Below are positions 19,533 to 28,864 of a DNA stretch of 64,000 nucleotides, piece after piece (within the stretch, counting starts at the first letter, position 1; each line of letters starts with the position of its first letter). A program made the translations under genes and the position numbers. The notes under the pieces were generated by a model. It ran no database searches, had not been told where the DNA came from, and saw nothing but the letters and a program-made list of their open reading frames with translations. Source of the DNA: Candidatus Latescibacterota bacterium (GTDB taxonomy: Bacteria > Latescibacterota > UBA2968 > UBA8231); assembly GCA_965215195.1 (NCBI GenBank), contig CBDCDC010000001.1:512001-576000 (forward strand). The letters run 5' to 3'.

Positions 19533-21443
19533 TTATTGACAGAAGGCTAGCCCTAGGACAGGTAAGTCGTTGTTCGGTACATCTTGCAACGCTGAGGGGA
19601 TGCACCCGGTCAACGCGTTGCCGTCGAGATATAGGTATTGCAGGTTTTCGAGTTGTCCGAGTGTTTCGGGAATCGGCCCCGTCAACCCGTTGAAGGAGAG
19701 AGACAGCCTTTGCAGGTTGGTGAGATTGCCCAACGATTCGGGAATCTCCCCCGTCAACTCGTTGCCGTCGAGAGACAGGGCTTGCAGGTTTTCGAGTTGT
19801 CCGAGTGTTTCGGGAATCTCCCCCGTCAACTCGTTGCCGTCGAGAGACAGGCGTTGCAGGTTGCTGAGGGTGCCTAACCATTCGGGAATCTCCCCCGTCA
19901 ACCCGTTGGAGGAGAGAGACAGGCGTTGCAGGTTGGTGAGATTGCCCAACGATTCGGGAATCTCCCCCGTCAACTCGTTGGAGGAGAGAGACAGGCGTTG
20001 CAGGTTGGTGAGATTGCCCAACGATTCGGGAATCTCCCCCGTCAACTCGTTCCAGGAGAGACCCAGGGCTTGCAGGTTGCTGAGGGTGCCCAACGATTCG
20101 GGAATCTCCCCCGTCAACTCGTTGCCGTCGAGATCCAGGGCTTGCAGGTTGCTGAGGGTGCCTAACCATTCGGGAATCTCCCCCGTCAACCCGTTGGAGG
20201 AGAGAGACAGGCGTTGCAGGTTGGTGAGATTGCCCAACGATTCGGGAATCTCCCCCGTCAACTCGTTCCAGGAGAGATATAGGGCTTGCAGGTTTTCGAG
20301 TTGTCCGAGTGTTTCGGGAATCTCCCCCGTCAACTCGTTCCAGAAGAGATCCAGGGCTTGCAGGTTGGTGAGATTGCCCAACGATTCGGGAATCTCCCCC
20401 GTCAACTCGTTGAGGGAGAGATCCAGGGCTTGCAGGTTGGTGAGATTGCCCAACGATTCGGGAATCTCCCCCGTCAACCCGTTGGAGGAGAGAGACAGGC
20501 GTTGCAGGTTGGTGAGATTGCCCAACGATTCGGGAATCTCCCCCGTCAACTCGTTGAAGGAGAGATCCAGGGCTTGCAGGTTGGTGAGATTGCCCAACGA
20601 TTCGGGAATCTCCCCCGTCAACCCGTTGACGGAGAGAGACAGGCTAGTGACCCGCCCCTCGTCATCCGTTTCGACTCCGTACCATTGATTGAGCGAGTAC
20701 GCGTTGCTGATGAGCCAGTTCGTATTGTTCTTCCAGTTAACGCCGCCGGTAGCTTTATAGAGCGCGATCAACACCGCTCGATCTCGGTCTCCGGCTAAAC
20801 CGATTCCATCCGGCAACATCGAGCCAAGCCCGATACCATCCGGCAACGTCGGGTCAAGCGGATTCGCAACATAGGTCATAATAAGCAGGACATCGGCTAC
20901 GTCTATCTGACCGTCTTCGTTGACATCCCCTAGGGCGATATTGCCTTGATTGGGCGCGACGAAGGAGATGCGTTCTAAGGTATAGAGCAGCACGAGTAGC
21001 GCGTCCGCTATATCGACTTGATTATCGTTGTTGACATCGCCCAGTATGCCCGCCGCTTGTGCGGCCTTGCCCGCAGGATGGGACCGCGGAAGCTCACCGA
21101 CGGTTACGGCCTCTCCCGTAAAGACAAACGCCGTGTCCACATAGGTTGCCATATAGGGACCGGCAACGCCCAACCAGTAGCTCGGCCGCTGGGGCACAGA
21201 GACCACGAAGCCGCCTTGGGCACCCACCGGCGCACGGGCCAGCACCACCAGACGCTCCGCGTCGATGATAATCACCTCGGCTCCCGATACCAAAGCTCCC
21301 TCAACCGTCACAATCTGGCCTCGTTGGACCTGTTCCGGGCCAGACGGATAGAGGGGATTGGAAAATTGGTTTTCAGGCCGGTGGTTGCTGTCGCCACAAG
21401 CGATCATGGACAAGGCGCACATCACAACGAATAGGCTACGCAT
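19533..21443 (-). CDS. Lipoprotein with a type I dockerin and 15 plant-type leucine-rich repeats
   Basis: Lipobox SMIAC; GDVNNDNQVDIAD and GDVNEDGQIDVAD dockerin EF loops; LRR N-cap DRAVLIALYKATGG...WYGV; 24-aa LxxLxLxxNxLTGEIP repeats. Confidence 0.9.
   Translation of the reverse strand: MRSLFVVMCALSMIACGDSNHRPENQFSNPLYPSGPEQVQRGQIVTVEGALVSGAEVIIIDAERLVVLARAPVGAQGGFVVSVPQRPSYWLGVAGPYMATYVDTAFVFTGEAVTVGELPRSHPAGKAAQAAGILGDVNNDNQVDIADALLVLLYTLERISFVAPNQGNIALGDVNEDGQIDVADVLLIMTYVANPLDPTLPDGIGLGSMLPDGIGLAGDRDRAVLIALYKATGGVNWKNNTNWLISNAYSLNQWYGVETDDEGRVTSLSLSVNGLTGEIPESLGNLTNLQALDLSFNELTGEIPESLGNLTNLQRLSLSSNGLTGEIPESLGNLTNLQALDLSLNELTGEIPESLGNLTNLQALDLFWNELTGEIPETLGQLENLQALYLSWNELTGEIPESLGNLTNLQRLSLSSNGLTGEIPEWLGTLSNLQALDLDGNELTGEIPESLGTLSNLQALGLSWNELTGEIPESLGNLTNLQRLSLSSNELTGEIPESLGNLTNLQRLSLSSNGLTGEIPEWLGTLSNLQRLSLDGNELTGEIPETLGQLENLQALSLDGNELTGEIPESLGNLTNLQRLSLSFNGLTGPIPETLGQLENLQYLYLDGNALTGCIPSALQDVPNNDLPVLGLAFCQ
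19595..20651 (-). repeat. 72-bp tandem repeat, about 15 units, encoding LRRs
   Basis: Near-invariant TTCGGGAATCTCCCCCGTCAAC recurs every 72 bp. Confidence 0.95.
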
Positions 21444-21629
21444 GGCATGTTTTTGCGGTTTAGAGTGAAGAGCTGACCGGATCGAACGCACTTTAGGCGA
21501 TGCGCTATCGCCGTATCAGCGCATTAAAAGGCCCTTTACAAGGTGGATGGAACACACGGATTTTAGCCTGGGCATAGTCCCAACTCGCCTGTTGCATCGG
21601 TGCGTATTCTGTCTATTGTCGCAGTGCCC

Positions 21630-21944
21630 CTACTCGGCGGCATCTAACAGGTTCTTAAAGGCTTCGAGGCTGGGCACGTGTATAGCCGCCCGATGCAACT
21701 GCTTGAGACGCTGCACATCGTCAATGGCCCCAACACGGTCAGCCAACGGATCCGACGCGGCCAGCGCAAAGCGAACCTCTAGCACATCGAGCAGGGCTTC
21801 AATGGCGCGTTCTCGGCCTCCTCGCTTGATGCCTCGCTCGATGCCTTGCTCAATGCCTTGCTCAATGCCTTGCTCAATGCCTCGCTTAATGCCTTGCTCA
21901 AGGGCCTTTTCCGTGAAATACTGCACTACTGACGATTCGTACAT
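21630..21944 (-). CDS. Putative in-frame internal small protein (RpnS-type antitoxin)
   Basis: Internal GGAGGAGACCATG gives MYESSVVQYF... just before the GIEQ repeats. Confidence 0.6.
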   Translation of the reverse strand: MYESSVVQYFTEKALEQGIKRGIEQGIEQGIEQGIERGIKRGGRERAIEALLDVLEVRFALAASDPLADRVGAIDDVQRLKQLHRAAIHVPSLEAFKNLLDAAE

Positions 21945-22577
21945 GGTCTCCTCCGAGATGATGGTCATTATGGTCTCTGAGTTATACACCAATCCGCTCA
22001 AAATCGCAAGATCGGCTAGGTAATTGGCCTTGAGGGTCTCGTCCATGGGCACCGCTTGCGCCCGGCTTATACACTGGCGCAACCATGCTTCCGCATCCAC
22101 ATCGGCCGGTCGCTGCATCAACGGCGCGAAAGGGATCAAGCCCGGATGCTCCTCGGCGAGAATGCCTTGGCCGGCTATGTCAATCAGCCGAATCACCTTG
22201 TACTGCACCAGCACGCGGTAGCCGTGCCGCTCTTGGAGATAATACCCCGGATCGGTGCGGCCGGCGTTGGGACGCAGATAGATGACGTTGGAGTAGATGG
22301 GCAGGCCGTACTGCTCAATGCCGCGCCCGATGTAGCCGGCCATGCGGAGTGGCATGGGTGATTTGCTGTCGGTGGTTTGAAATTCGTGATGGATCAACGC
22401 CTCCTCACCGCCGACTTGTACGTGGATGAGGCTGTCAGTGCGGTGGGCTTCGACGGTGGGTTGCTCGGTGTCAACGACGCCAAGGACTTCGATGTCGTCT
22501 TGGGGGAGGGCGAAGTGGGCGAAGTCGTGGGGGTAGGTGTGGATGAGATGTTTGGAGATGGTATCAAATTCAGCCAT
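21630..22577 (-). CDS. Rpn-family (YhgA-like) PD-(D/E)XK nuclease
   Basis: MAEFDTISKHL, RTDSL, HHEFQT, MPLRMAGY, and C-terminal GIEQ 12-nt repeats. Confidence 0.85.
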   Translation of the reverse strand: MAEFDTISKHLIHTYPHDFAHFALPQDDIEVLGVVDTEQPTVEAHRTDSLIHVQVGGEEALIHHEFQTTDSKSPMPLRMAGYIGRGIEQYGLPIYSNVIYLRPNAGRTDPGYYLQERHGYRVLVQYKVIRLIDIAGQGILAEEHPGLIPFAPLMQRPADVDAEAWLRQCISRAQAVPMDETLKANYLADLAILSGLVYNSETIMTIISEETMYESSVVQYFTEKALEQGIKRGIEQGIEQGIEQGIERGIKRGGRERAIEALLDVLEVRFALAASDPLADRVGAIDDVQRLKQLHRAAIHVPSLEAFKNLLDAAE

Positions 22578-22769
22578 GCGCCATGCCTTGGGTTGCGGGT
22601 GGGATGGTACCCGCGACAGGCAAGAATCGTGCCAAGGCGGCGGTTCAGAGGGGCGGAGGGGGATAGGAGGCGCTGGAGTGTAGCGGAAAGGATACAGGGA
22701 TGAGAAGTTAGGGACAAAAGCTGCGTAACAACGGATGGCCCCACGCCGCCCTCGTAAAAGCGAATGCAC

Positions 22770-23582
22770 TCACTCCACAGGGATTTCGTCGTTGAAAACT
22801 TGGGTGCGCTTCATCAGGCGGCGCTGGTCTGGGGGGAAGGCGAGGCGGCGGTGCATGGTCGGGCGGTTGTCGAAGAGGACGAGATCGCCGACTTGCCACG
22901 CATGGGTCCAGACAAAGCGCGGCTGTTCGAGATGGGCGTACAGTTGGCCGAGCAGGGCGTCGCTGTCTCGGCGGCTGAGGCCGACGACGTATTTGGTCAA
23001 GTGCGGCCCTACGTAGAGCGAGCGGCGGCCCGTTTCGGGGTGGGTGCGGACGATGGGGTGGGCGACGTGCTCGGGGGGGTTTTGCGCTTCGACGTGGTGG
23101 CGATGCACGGCGCGCATTCCCTTGAGGCGGATTTTCCAAGCGTCGTCGAGCGCCTCGTACGCGGCCGTGCAATTGCACCACTCGGTCTGGCCGCCCTCCG
23201 AGGGGATCTCCACCGCGTAGAGCACCGACAGGGTGCCGGGGCGCGGCAGGTACGAAAGATCCGAATGGAAGGGGATCAATTCGTCGCCTAATTCGCCGAT
23301 TGGCTCGCCGTTTTCTTTGACATTGGAGATGAGGAAAATCTCCTTGACCCGCCGCGGGCGCTGCTTGCGCACGTGGGGTACGGGTTGGCCAAAGTACGCG
23401 GTGAAGTGCACTTGGTCTTCGTCGCTGAGTTGCTGCTGGCGGAAAAAGACCACGCCGTAGTCGAGCAGTGCTTGGCGCACCTCGGCGACTTGGGCGGGCG
23501 CGAGCGGTGCGGACAAATCGCAGCCTTTGATCTCAGCGCCGAGTGCGCCGCCGGTGGGTACAATTGTTAGCTCAGAGTCCAT
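22770..23582 (-). CDS. TauD/TfdA family Fe(II)/2-oxoglutarate dioxygenase
   Basis: LGAEIKG, FHSDLSY (HxD), HPIVRTHPETGR, WQVGDLVLFDNRPTMHR. Confidence 0.92.
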   Translation of the reverse strand: MDSELTIVPTGGALGAEIKGCDLSAPLAPAQVAEVRQALLDYGVVFFRQQQLSDEDQVHFTAYFGQPVPHVRKQRPRRVKEIFLISNVKENGEPIGELGDELIPFHSDLSYLPRPGTLSVLYAVEIPSEGGQTEWCNCTAAYEALDDAWKIRLKGMRAVHRHHVEAQNPPEHVAHPIVRTHPETGRRSLYVGPHLTKYVVGLSRRDSDALLGQLYAHLEQPRFVWTHAWQVGDLVLFDNRPTMHRRLAFPPDQRRLMKRTQVFNDEIPVE

Positions 23583-23616
23583 TTGAAATTCCGCGTACGC
23601 CCCAAACGGCTTCTTA

Positions 23617-23784
23617 GAAGCGGTCTGAAAATTCCGCGAACCGTCCCTTGTGTGCAGCAAACAATCTAGGAGCGAGGACATCTCGCCCTCGAAAAACGCG
23701 CCCTCCGAGCACCGCTTGACCACTACTCAACGCGATCCGCCGGGAGTTTGTCACGCCTAAAGGCGCGGTGAAGCAGACCGCTTC
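23617..23784. mobile_element. 168-bp MITE-like element (IS5-family-like ends)
   Basis: 11-bp TIRs GAAGCGGTCTG / CAGACCGCTTC with TTA on both sides (23614-16 and 23785-87). Confidence 0.6.
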
Positions 23785-24546
23785 TTAGACATTGCAGACC
23801 GAGAAGGCGTGTTCGAGCGAGTCAATGGGATCGCCCTTGGGCCGGTACTCGTGGCCGACGTAGCCCGCGTAGGAAGTGGCGGCAATGGCCTGCATGATCG
23901 GCGGGTAGTAAATCTCCTGCTGGTCGTCGAGGTCTTGGCGGCCGGGGTTGCCGGCCGTGTGGAAGTGGCCGATGCAGTCGATGTGGTCGGTGATGTTGCG
24001 GATGAGATCGCCTTCCATGATCTGCATGTGGTAAATGTCGTAGAGGAGCTTGAACCGGGGCGAGCCAACGGCCCGGCACAGGGCCGCGCCCCAAGCGGTG
24101 CGGTCGCACTGGTAGTCGGGATGGTTGACGCGCGAGTTGAGCAATTCCATGCAGAGGGTAATGCCTTTTTGCTCGGCGGCCGGGACCACGCGGCGCAGGC
24201 CAGCGACGCAGTTGGCGAGCCCCTCTTCTGAGGGCCGGCCCTCCCTGTTGCCGGAAAAGCAAATCAGCGAGGGAATGCCGCATTCAACGGCGAGGTCCAT
24301 GTTGGCGAGGAGCTCGCCTTCGATGCGGTCGTGATTTTCGGGCTTGTTGAGCCCGTCGGGCAGGGAAGCGTGCCCGGAGACGATGGCAATGGCGAGGCCG
24401 TGGTCTTGGATGAGTGGCCAGTGCTCTTGGGGGGCCATCTCTACGGATTGATAGCCGATGCGGGCGGCGGCCGCCACGAGCTCCTGCGGGCTGAGGCCGC
24501 TGCCGGTGAAGGGATTGAAGCAGACGGATTGCTTGATGGCAGGCAT
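23785..24546 (-). CDS. Hydroxypyruvate isomerase-like TIM-barrel protein
   Basis: LICFSGN, MELLNSRVNHPDY, LLYDIYHMQIMEG, HFHTAGNPGR, VGHEY. Confidence 0.88.
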   Translation of the reverse strand: MPAIKQSVCFNPFTGSGLSPQELVAAAARIGYQSVEMAPQEHWPLIQDHGLAIAIVSGHASLPDGLNKPENHDRIEGELLANMDLAVECGIPSLICFSGNREGRPSEEGLANCVAGLRRVVPAAEQKGITLCMELLNSRVNHPDYQCDRTAWGAALCRAVGSPRFKLLYDIYHMQIMEGDLIRNITDHIDCIGHFHTAGNPGRQDLDDQQEIYYPPIMQAIAATSYAGYVGHEYRPKGDPIDSLEHAFSVCNV

Positions 24547-24550
24547 AACG

Positions 24551-26038
24551 CTAGGCTCCTGTGCCGAACATTTCGGCGACCGGGGTAAAAGGGGCGTCAA
24601 GTTCGAGGGGGTACATGGGCCGCTGGCAGACGCGGTGCCCGAGGGTGGGCAGGTTCGCGCTGGTCGAGCCCGGGGCATCGACGTTGAAGTTTTTCTCGGC
24701 CCATTCGTCGAAAAAGTGCCACTGGCAGTGCGGCGACTTGACGACGATGAGGTCGTAGTTCTTGGGGTTGATGTCGTGGGCGATAAAGACCGAGCGATCG
24801 ATAAAGGGCACCGAGCGGCTGACGCAGACGATGGTGAGCGCGTCGCTTTGCAGCACGGCCGTAGGCCCGGCGTGCTGGGGCGTGTTCCAAGACTCGCAGA
24901 CGTATTCGCCGTCGCCGAGCTGGGTGACTTCGACCTCTAGATCGAGCGGAGCAAAGCGCGAGTCGAGCGAGCCGCCCAAAACCACGTGGATGCGCGCGCC
25001 TAGCCCGGCGTCGTGGGCCATGTACGCGGCGGGCGCATCCACCAGCGGCGCGAGTATGTGGCCAGAGTACCCGCTGGCGAGCAGGGCTTGGACGAGGACA
25101 TTGCTGTCGCCGGTCGCGCCCGAGGAGGGGGCGTCGGCCGCGTCGGTAAAGAGCACTGGGCCGCTGTATTGGGCGGCCTCGGCGACGGCGTCTTCGACCG
25201 ATACGAGATCGGGCTGCATGAGGGCGCGGCGTTCCCAGAACTCGGCCGCGAGGTGTAGGGCCTCGCTGCGAGCGAGGTCCGGGTCGGCATCGGCCACGAC
25301 GACGGCTTGGGAGCACAGCTCGGGCACATCGGTGAACGGGTTGCCGATCATCATGCCGGCGGCGAGAATGTCGGGCTGCTCCTCTAGGGCTTGGCAGTAG
25401 CGGATGGACTCGCCATACGCGCCCGAGGCGGTGATGAGCTCGTTGCCGCGCACGAGCGCCGGCACCCGCACGCGGGCCACTACGGGCTGAGCGCCGGCGA
25501 GGACTTGCAGGAGCAAGTACGCGGCGCGGCGGCCGGTGTCGGCCAAATCAACGTGCGGATAGGTGTGATAAATGGCGAGACCGTTTGAGTGCTCCAGCAT
25601 GCGGTGGGTGAGGATGCCGTGCAGATCTTGCGAGATTGCGATGGGAAAGTCGGGACCAGCGGCTTGGCGGATCTGTTGCAGCAAGTAGCCCTCCGGGTCC
25701 AGCTCTTGGGTGCAGCCCATGGCGCCGTGCAGGCAGAAGTACATGCCGTCGGCTTGGGCTAGGTGCGGCGCGACCGCATTGAGTAGCTCGGCGGCAATGC
25801 GCTCGAAGTCCTGCTGGTCTAAAGGCCCGGCCGAAGGGGCGCAGGCTCCGTACGTGGGGATGACATCGATGTGGCTGTCGGCGAAGACCTGCGAGGCACC
25901 GCACAGCTCGGTCTCGCGGCCTTGGTGATAGGCGAGCAGCTCGGCGCCGCGGCGGACGGAGAAGTTGTCGTACGCGCCGATGACCGGGTTGAAGGAGGAG
26001 ATTTCTTGCTTGCACTCGGCGACGAGAATGCGGGACAT
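24551..26038 (-). CDS. MlrC / M81-family metallopeptidase
   Basis: QEISSFNP, LHGAM, DPEG, DLHG, TYPHVD, DAADAPSSGATGD, VVKS. Confidence 0.9.
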   Translation of the reverse strand: MSRILVAECKQEISSFNPVIGAYDNFSVRRGAELLAYHQGRETELCGASQVFADSHIDVIPTYGACAPSAGPLDQQDFERIAAELLNAVAPHLAQADGMYFCLHGAMGCTQELDPEGYLLQQIRQAAGPDFPIAISQDLHGILTHRMLEHSNGLAIYHTYPHVDLADTGRRAAYLLLQVLAGAQPVVARVRVPALVRGNELITASGAYGESIRYCQALEEQPDILAAGMMIGNPFTDVPELCSQAVVVADADPDLARSEALHLAAEFWERRALMQPDLVSVEDAVAEAAQYSGPVLFTDAADAPSSGATGDSNVLVQALLASGYSGHILAPLVDAPAAYMAHDAGLGARIHVVLGGSLDSRFAPLDLEVEVTQLGDGEYVCESWNTPQHAGPTAVLQSDALTIVCVSRSVPFIDRSVFIAHDINPKNYDLIVVKSPHCQWHFFDEWAEKNFNVDAPGSTSANLPTLGHRVCQRPMYPLELDAPFTPVAEMFGTGA

Positions 26039-26124
26039 GGGCGTCCGTTCGGTTAGATTTTGCGCGGGCGAAGGTGGGGGCCGTTGTCTAGGGGGCGGAT
26101 CTCAGCATCCATATATAAATAGAA

Positions 26125-27507
26125 TTAGGCTTTGGAGCGCGGGCGAAGGTGGAAGCCTTGGGGGGTGTCTTCGATTTCGTAGCCGGCCGCGGCGATCTCG
26201 TCGCGCAGGGCGTCGGCCGTGGCCCAGTCCTTGGCGGCGCGGGCCTGTTGGCGCTGTTCGGCGAGCGCGTGAATCGCGTCGGGTACGTCCTCCTCTGGCG
26301 GCGTCCACTTGGCCAGCCCCAAGCCCATGACTTGGTCGAAGTGCAGGAGCGTGGCCTTTTTCGCGGCGGCGGGCAGGGCGTCGGCCACCAGCTCCCAGCA
26401 CAGGGCGAGGACGCGCGGCATGTTGAGGTCGTCCTCAACGCGCTCTTTGAATGCGGCCACGTAGCGGGCGTCGGGTTCGGACGGTGCGCCATAGGCGTGG
26501 GCGGCTGCGCGCAGCCGGTTGAGGGCCGTGGCCGCGCCGGCGAGGCTCTCCCAGCTAAAGGAGAGCTTGGCCCGGTAGCGCGCCCCGAGGCAGAAAAAGC
26601 GGTAGGCGAGCGGGTCGTAGCCCTTTTCGACGAGCGATTCGAGGCGCAGGAAGTCGCCGCTCGACTTGGACATCTTCTCCCCATCGAGCTGCAAAAACGC
26701 GCCGTGCAGCCAGAACTCGGCCAGCCGCGTGTCGTAGCAGGCTTGGGCTTGGGCGATCTCGTTGGTATGGTGAACCGGGACGTGATCCTCGCCGCCGCAG
26801 TGGATGTCGAAGTACGGCCCCAAGTACTTGGCGGCCATGGCCGTGCATTCGATGTGCCAGCCCGGGAAGCCGCGCCCCCACGGGCTGTCCCACTCCATCT
26901 GCCGCTGGGTCTGGGCCGGGCTGAACTTCCACAGCGCGAAGTCCGTGACGCGGCGCTTCTGCCCGAGATCGACGCGCTGGCCGCCTTGCAGGCCGGCGAT
27001 GTCGAGGCGGGCGAGGTGGCCGTAGTCGCTCAGGCGCGAGGTGTCGAAGTACAGGCCGTCGTCCGTGCGGTACGCATAGCCTTTTTCCTCGATGGCGGCG
27101 ATGGCCGCAATCTGTTCGCGGATGTGATCGGTGGCCCGGCACCAGACGTGGGGGGGGCGCACGTTGAGCCACTCGAGCTTTTCTTGGAAATCCGCGGTGT
27201 AGCGCTCGGCGATTTCCCAAGCCGTCAGGCCGGCGCGCCGCGCACCGGCCTCCATCTTGTCCTCGCCGGTGTCCGCGTCCGAGGTCAGGTGCCCCACGTC
27301 GGTGATGTTGACGACGTGGTGGACCGCATAGCCGCAGTATTCGAGGGTGCGCCGCAGGATGTCTTCGAAGATGTAGGTGCGCAAGTTGCCGATGTGCTGG
27401 TAGTTGTACACGGTCGGGCCGCAGGCGTACAGGCGAACTTGGGGAGGCGCGAGCGGGGCGAAGGGGCGCTCTTGGCGGGCATAGGTGTCAAAAAGATGCA
27501 GGGTCAT
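26125..27507 (-). CDS. cysS: Cysteine--tRNA ligase
   Basis: CGPTVY, HIGN, NITDV, DFALWK, GWHIEC, HCGGEDH, KMSKS. Confidence 0.97.
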   Translation of the reverse strand: MTLHLFDTYARQERPFAPLAPPQVRLYACGPTVYNYQHIGNLRTYIFEDILRRTLEYCGYAVHHVVNITDVGHLTSDADTGEDKMEAGARRAGLTAWEIAERYTADFQEKLEWLNVRPPHVWCRATDHIREQIAAIAAIEEKGYAYRTDDGLYFDTSRLSDYGHLARLDIAGLQGGQRVDLGQKRRVTDFALWKFSPAQTQRQMEWDSPWGRGFPGWHIECTAMAAKYLGPYFDIHCGGEDHVPVHHTNEIAQAQACYDTRLAEFWLHGAFLQLDGEKMSKSSGDFLRLESLVEKGYDPLAYRFFCLGARYRAKLSFSWESLAGAATALNRLRAAAHAYGAPSEPDARYVAAFKERVEDDLNMPRVLALCWELVADALPAAAKKATLLHFDQVMGLGLAKWTPPEEDVPDAIHALAEQRQQARAAKDWATADALRDEIAAAGYEIEDTPQGFHLRPRSKA

Positions 27508-27558
27508 AAGTCTAAAGAGGGGTTAGCGGCAAGATGTGGCAATGGAGAAAGAACCAGT

Positions 27559-28548
27559 CTATAACTCGGCGATGGATACTTCGCGGCCTTCCACCGCGCT
27601 TTTGACTGCGGCAAAAACCATGGCCATGGACTTGAGGTTGTCGGCCGCGTTGCACTCGGGCGCACGCTCCGCCTCAATGGCGGCGACGAACTCCCGCAGC
27701 ACCGGGTTCTGGCCTTGGCCGCCATCGTCGAGGGGGACCTGCCGCCGGATCGGAGGGTCGGCGCGGTGCGAGTGGGTGTGGTATAGATCGAAGCCCTCCC
27801 ACGTCAGGGTGCCGCACGGCCCCTCGTAGCGCCACTCGCCGTTGTGCCCGGCTGGCACGTGGCCGACCGTGCAGCCGATGCCGCGGTGAGTGGCGATTGC
27901 GCCGTTGGCAAAGCGGAAGAGGATCATCTGGGCGGCGTCGCCTTGGTGCCAGCCCCAAGGGAGGTTCCAAGTGAGGGCATGTGCGCTCACCGGGTCTTGG
28001 CCGAGGGTGTAGCGCATCATGTCGAAGTGGTGAATGCCCATGTCGGTGAGGAACATGTACGGCTCGGTGACGTAATGCGAGCCGGGCGAGTCGGCCCAAT
28101 TGACGTAGAGCGAGACATCGAGCTGGCCGACCGGGCCGATGAGGTCCTCGGCGAGCAGGCGGCGGGTGGTGCGCGGCAGGCCGTTGAAGCGGTAGTTCTG
28201 GGTAATCATGTGCGCGACGCCGGCTTGGGTCCCGGCTGCGACGATGCGCCGGGCCGCTTGGTAATCGTCGCTGAGGGGCTTTTCCCCGAGCAGGTGCAGG
28301 CCGGCGGCAAAAGTCTGCACGGCGATTTCTTCGTGGACCGCTGGCGGCGTCACGTCGAGGACGAAGTCGGCTCGCACGGCCGCGAGGGCCTCGCCGAGGT
28401 CGCGGTAGAGTGCGCATTCTGCGGCCGCGCGCTCGCGGTTTTGCGCACTCGGCTCGACGCAGGCGACCACGTCGACGCCCGGCTGCTTGCGGCATTGGCC
28501 GAGCCAATAGCGGCCCCTACCGCCCAACCCTACGAGTATGGCTTTCAT
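27559..28548 (-). CDS. Gfo/Idh/MocA family oxidoreductase
   Basis: VGLGGRG, GEKPLS, QNYRF, DMGIHHFD. Confidence 0.9.
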   Translation of the reverse strand: MKAILVGLGGRGRYWLGQCRKQPGVDVVACVEPSAQNRERAAAECALYRDLGEALAAVRADFVLDVTPPAVHEEIAVQTFAAGLHLLGEKPLSDDYQAARRIVAAGTQAGVAHMITQNYRFNGLPRTTRRLLAEDLIGPVGQLDVSLYVNWADSPGSHYVTEPYMFLTDMGIHHFDMMRYTLGQDPVSAHALTWNLPWGWHQGDAAQMILFRFANGAIATHRGIGCTVGHVPAGHNGEWRYEGPCGTLTWEGFDLYHTHSHRADPPIRRQVPLDDGGQGQNPVLREFVAAIEAERAPECNAADNLKSMAMVFAAVKSAVEGREVSIAEL

Positions 28549-28611
28549 CGGCGTCCTTTCTCTGTTTTTGTCTAAAATCTTACTACCCGACACCAGCCCG
28601 CAGCCGGCCAA

Positions 28612-28658
28612 GGATCGAGGGCATCTTGCCCTCGGCGAGGGCGGGACGCCCTCGATCC
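28612..28658. repeat. REP-like nested inverted repeat
   Basis: GGATCGAGGGCATCTTGCCCTCG-G-CGAGGGCGGGACGCCCTCGATCC: two self-palindromic units in inverted orientation. Confidence 0.65.
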
Positions 28659-28864
28659 CGCACCCATCGGTAACAGCAGAAAAGGCGTACTCAAAGTAAG
28701 GGTCGCCTACTTTAGGGGTCGGGTACTAAGGTCTAAAATAAAAGGCTTGGCCCGCAGCTAGGCCAGTGGCCGGAAAAAATTGACACGGTTACAGGGCAGG
28801 GCTACCTTTGGTCGCTTTCAACGAGGGTCCCCACTCGTTCCCTTGCTTCTGAGGTACACTTCTT

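Noticed and set aside
19595-20651. Regularly spaced repeats resembling a CRISPR array
   Set aside because: The period is 72 bp in frame within an LRR gene, the intervening sequences are homologous to each other, and no cas genes are present.
26149-27564. Long antisense ORFs (also 5831..7015, 14630..15745, 19570..20688, 28789..29877, 51321..52601)
   Set aside because: Shadow frames opposite well-supported genes in GC-rich DNA, with no motifs.
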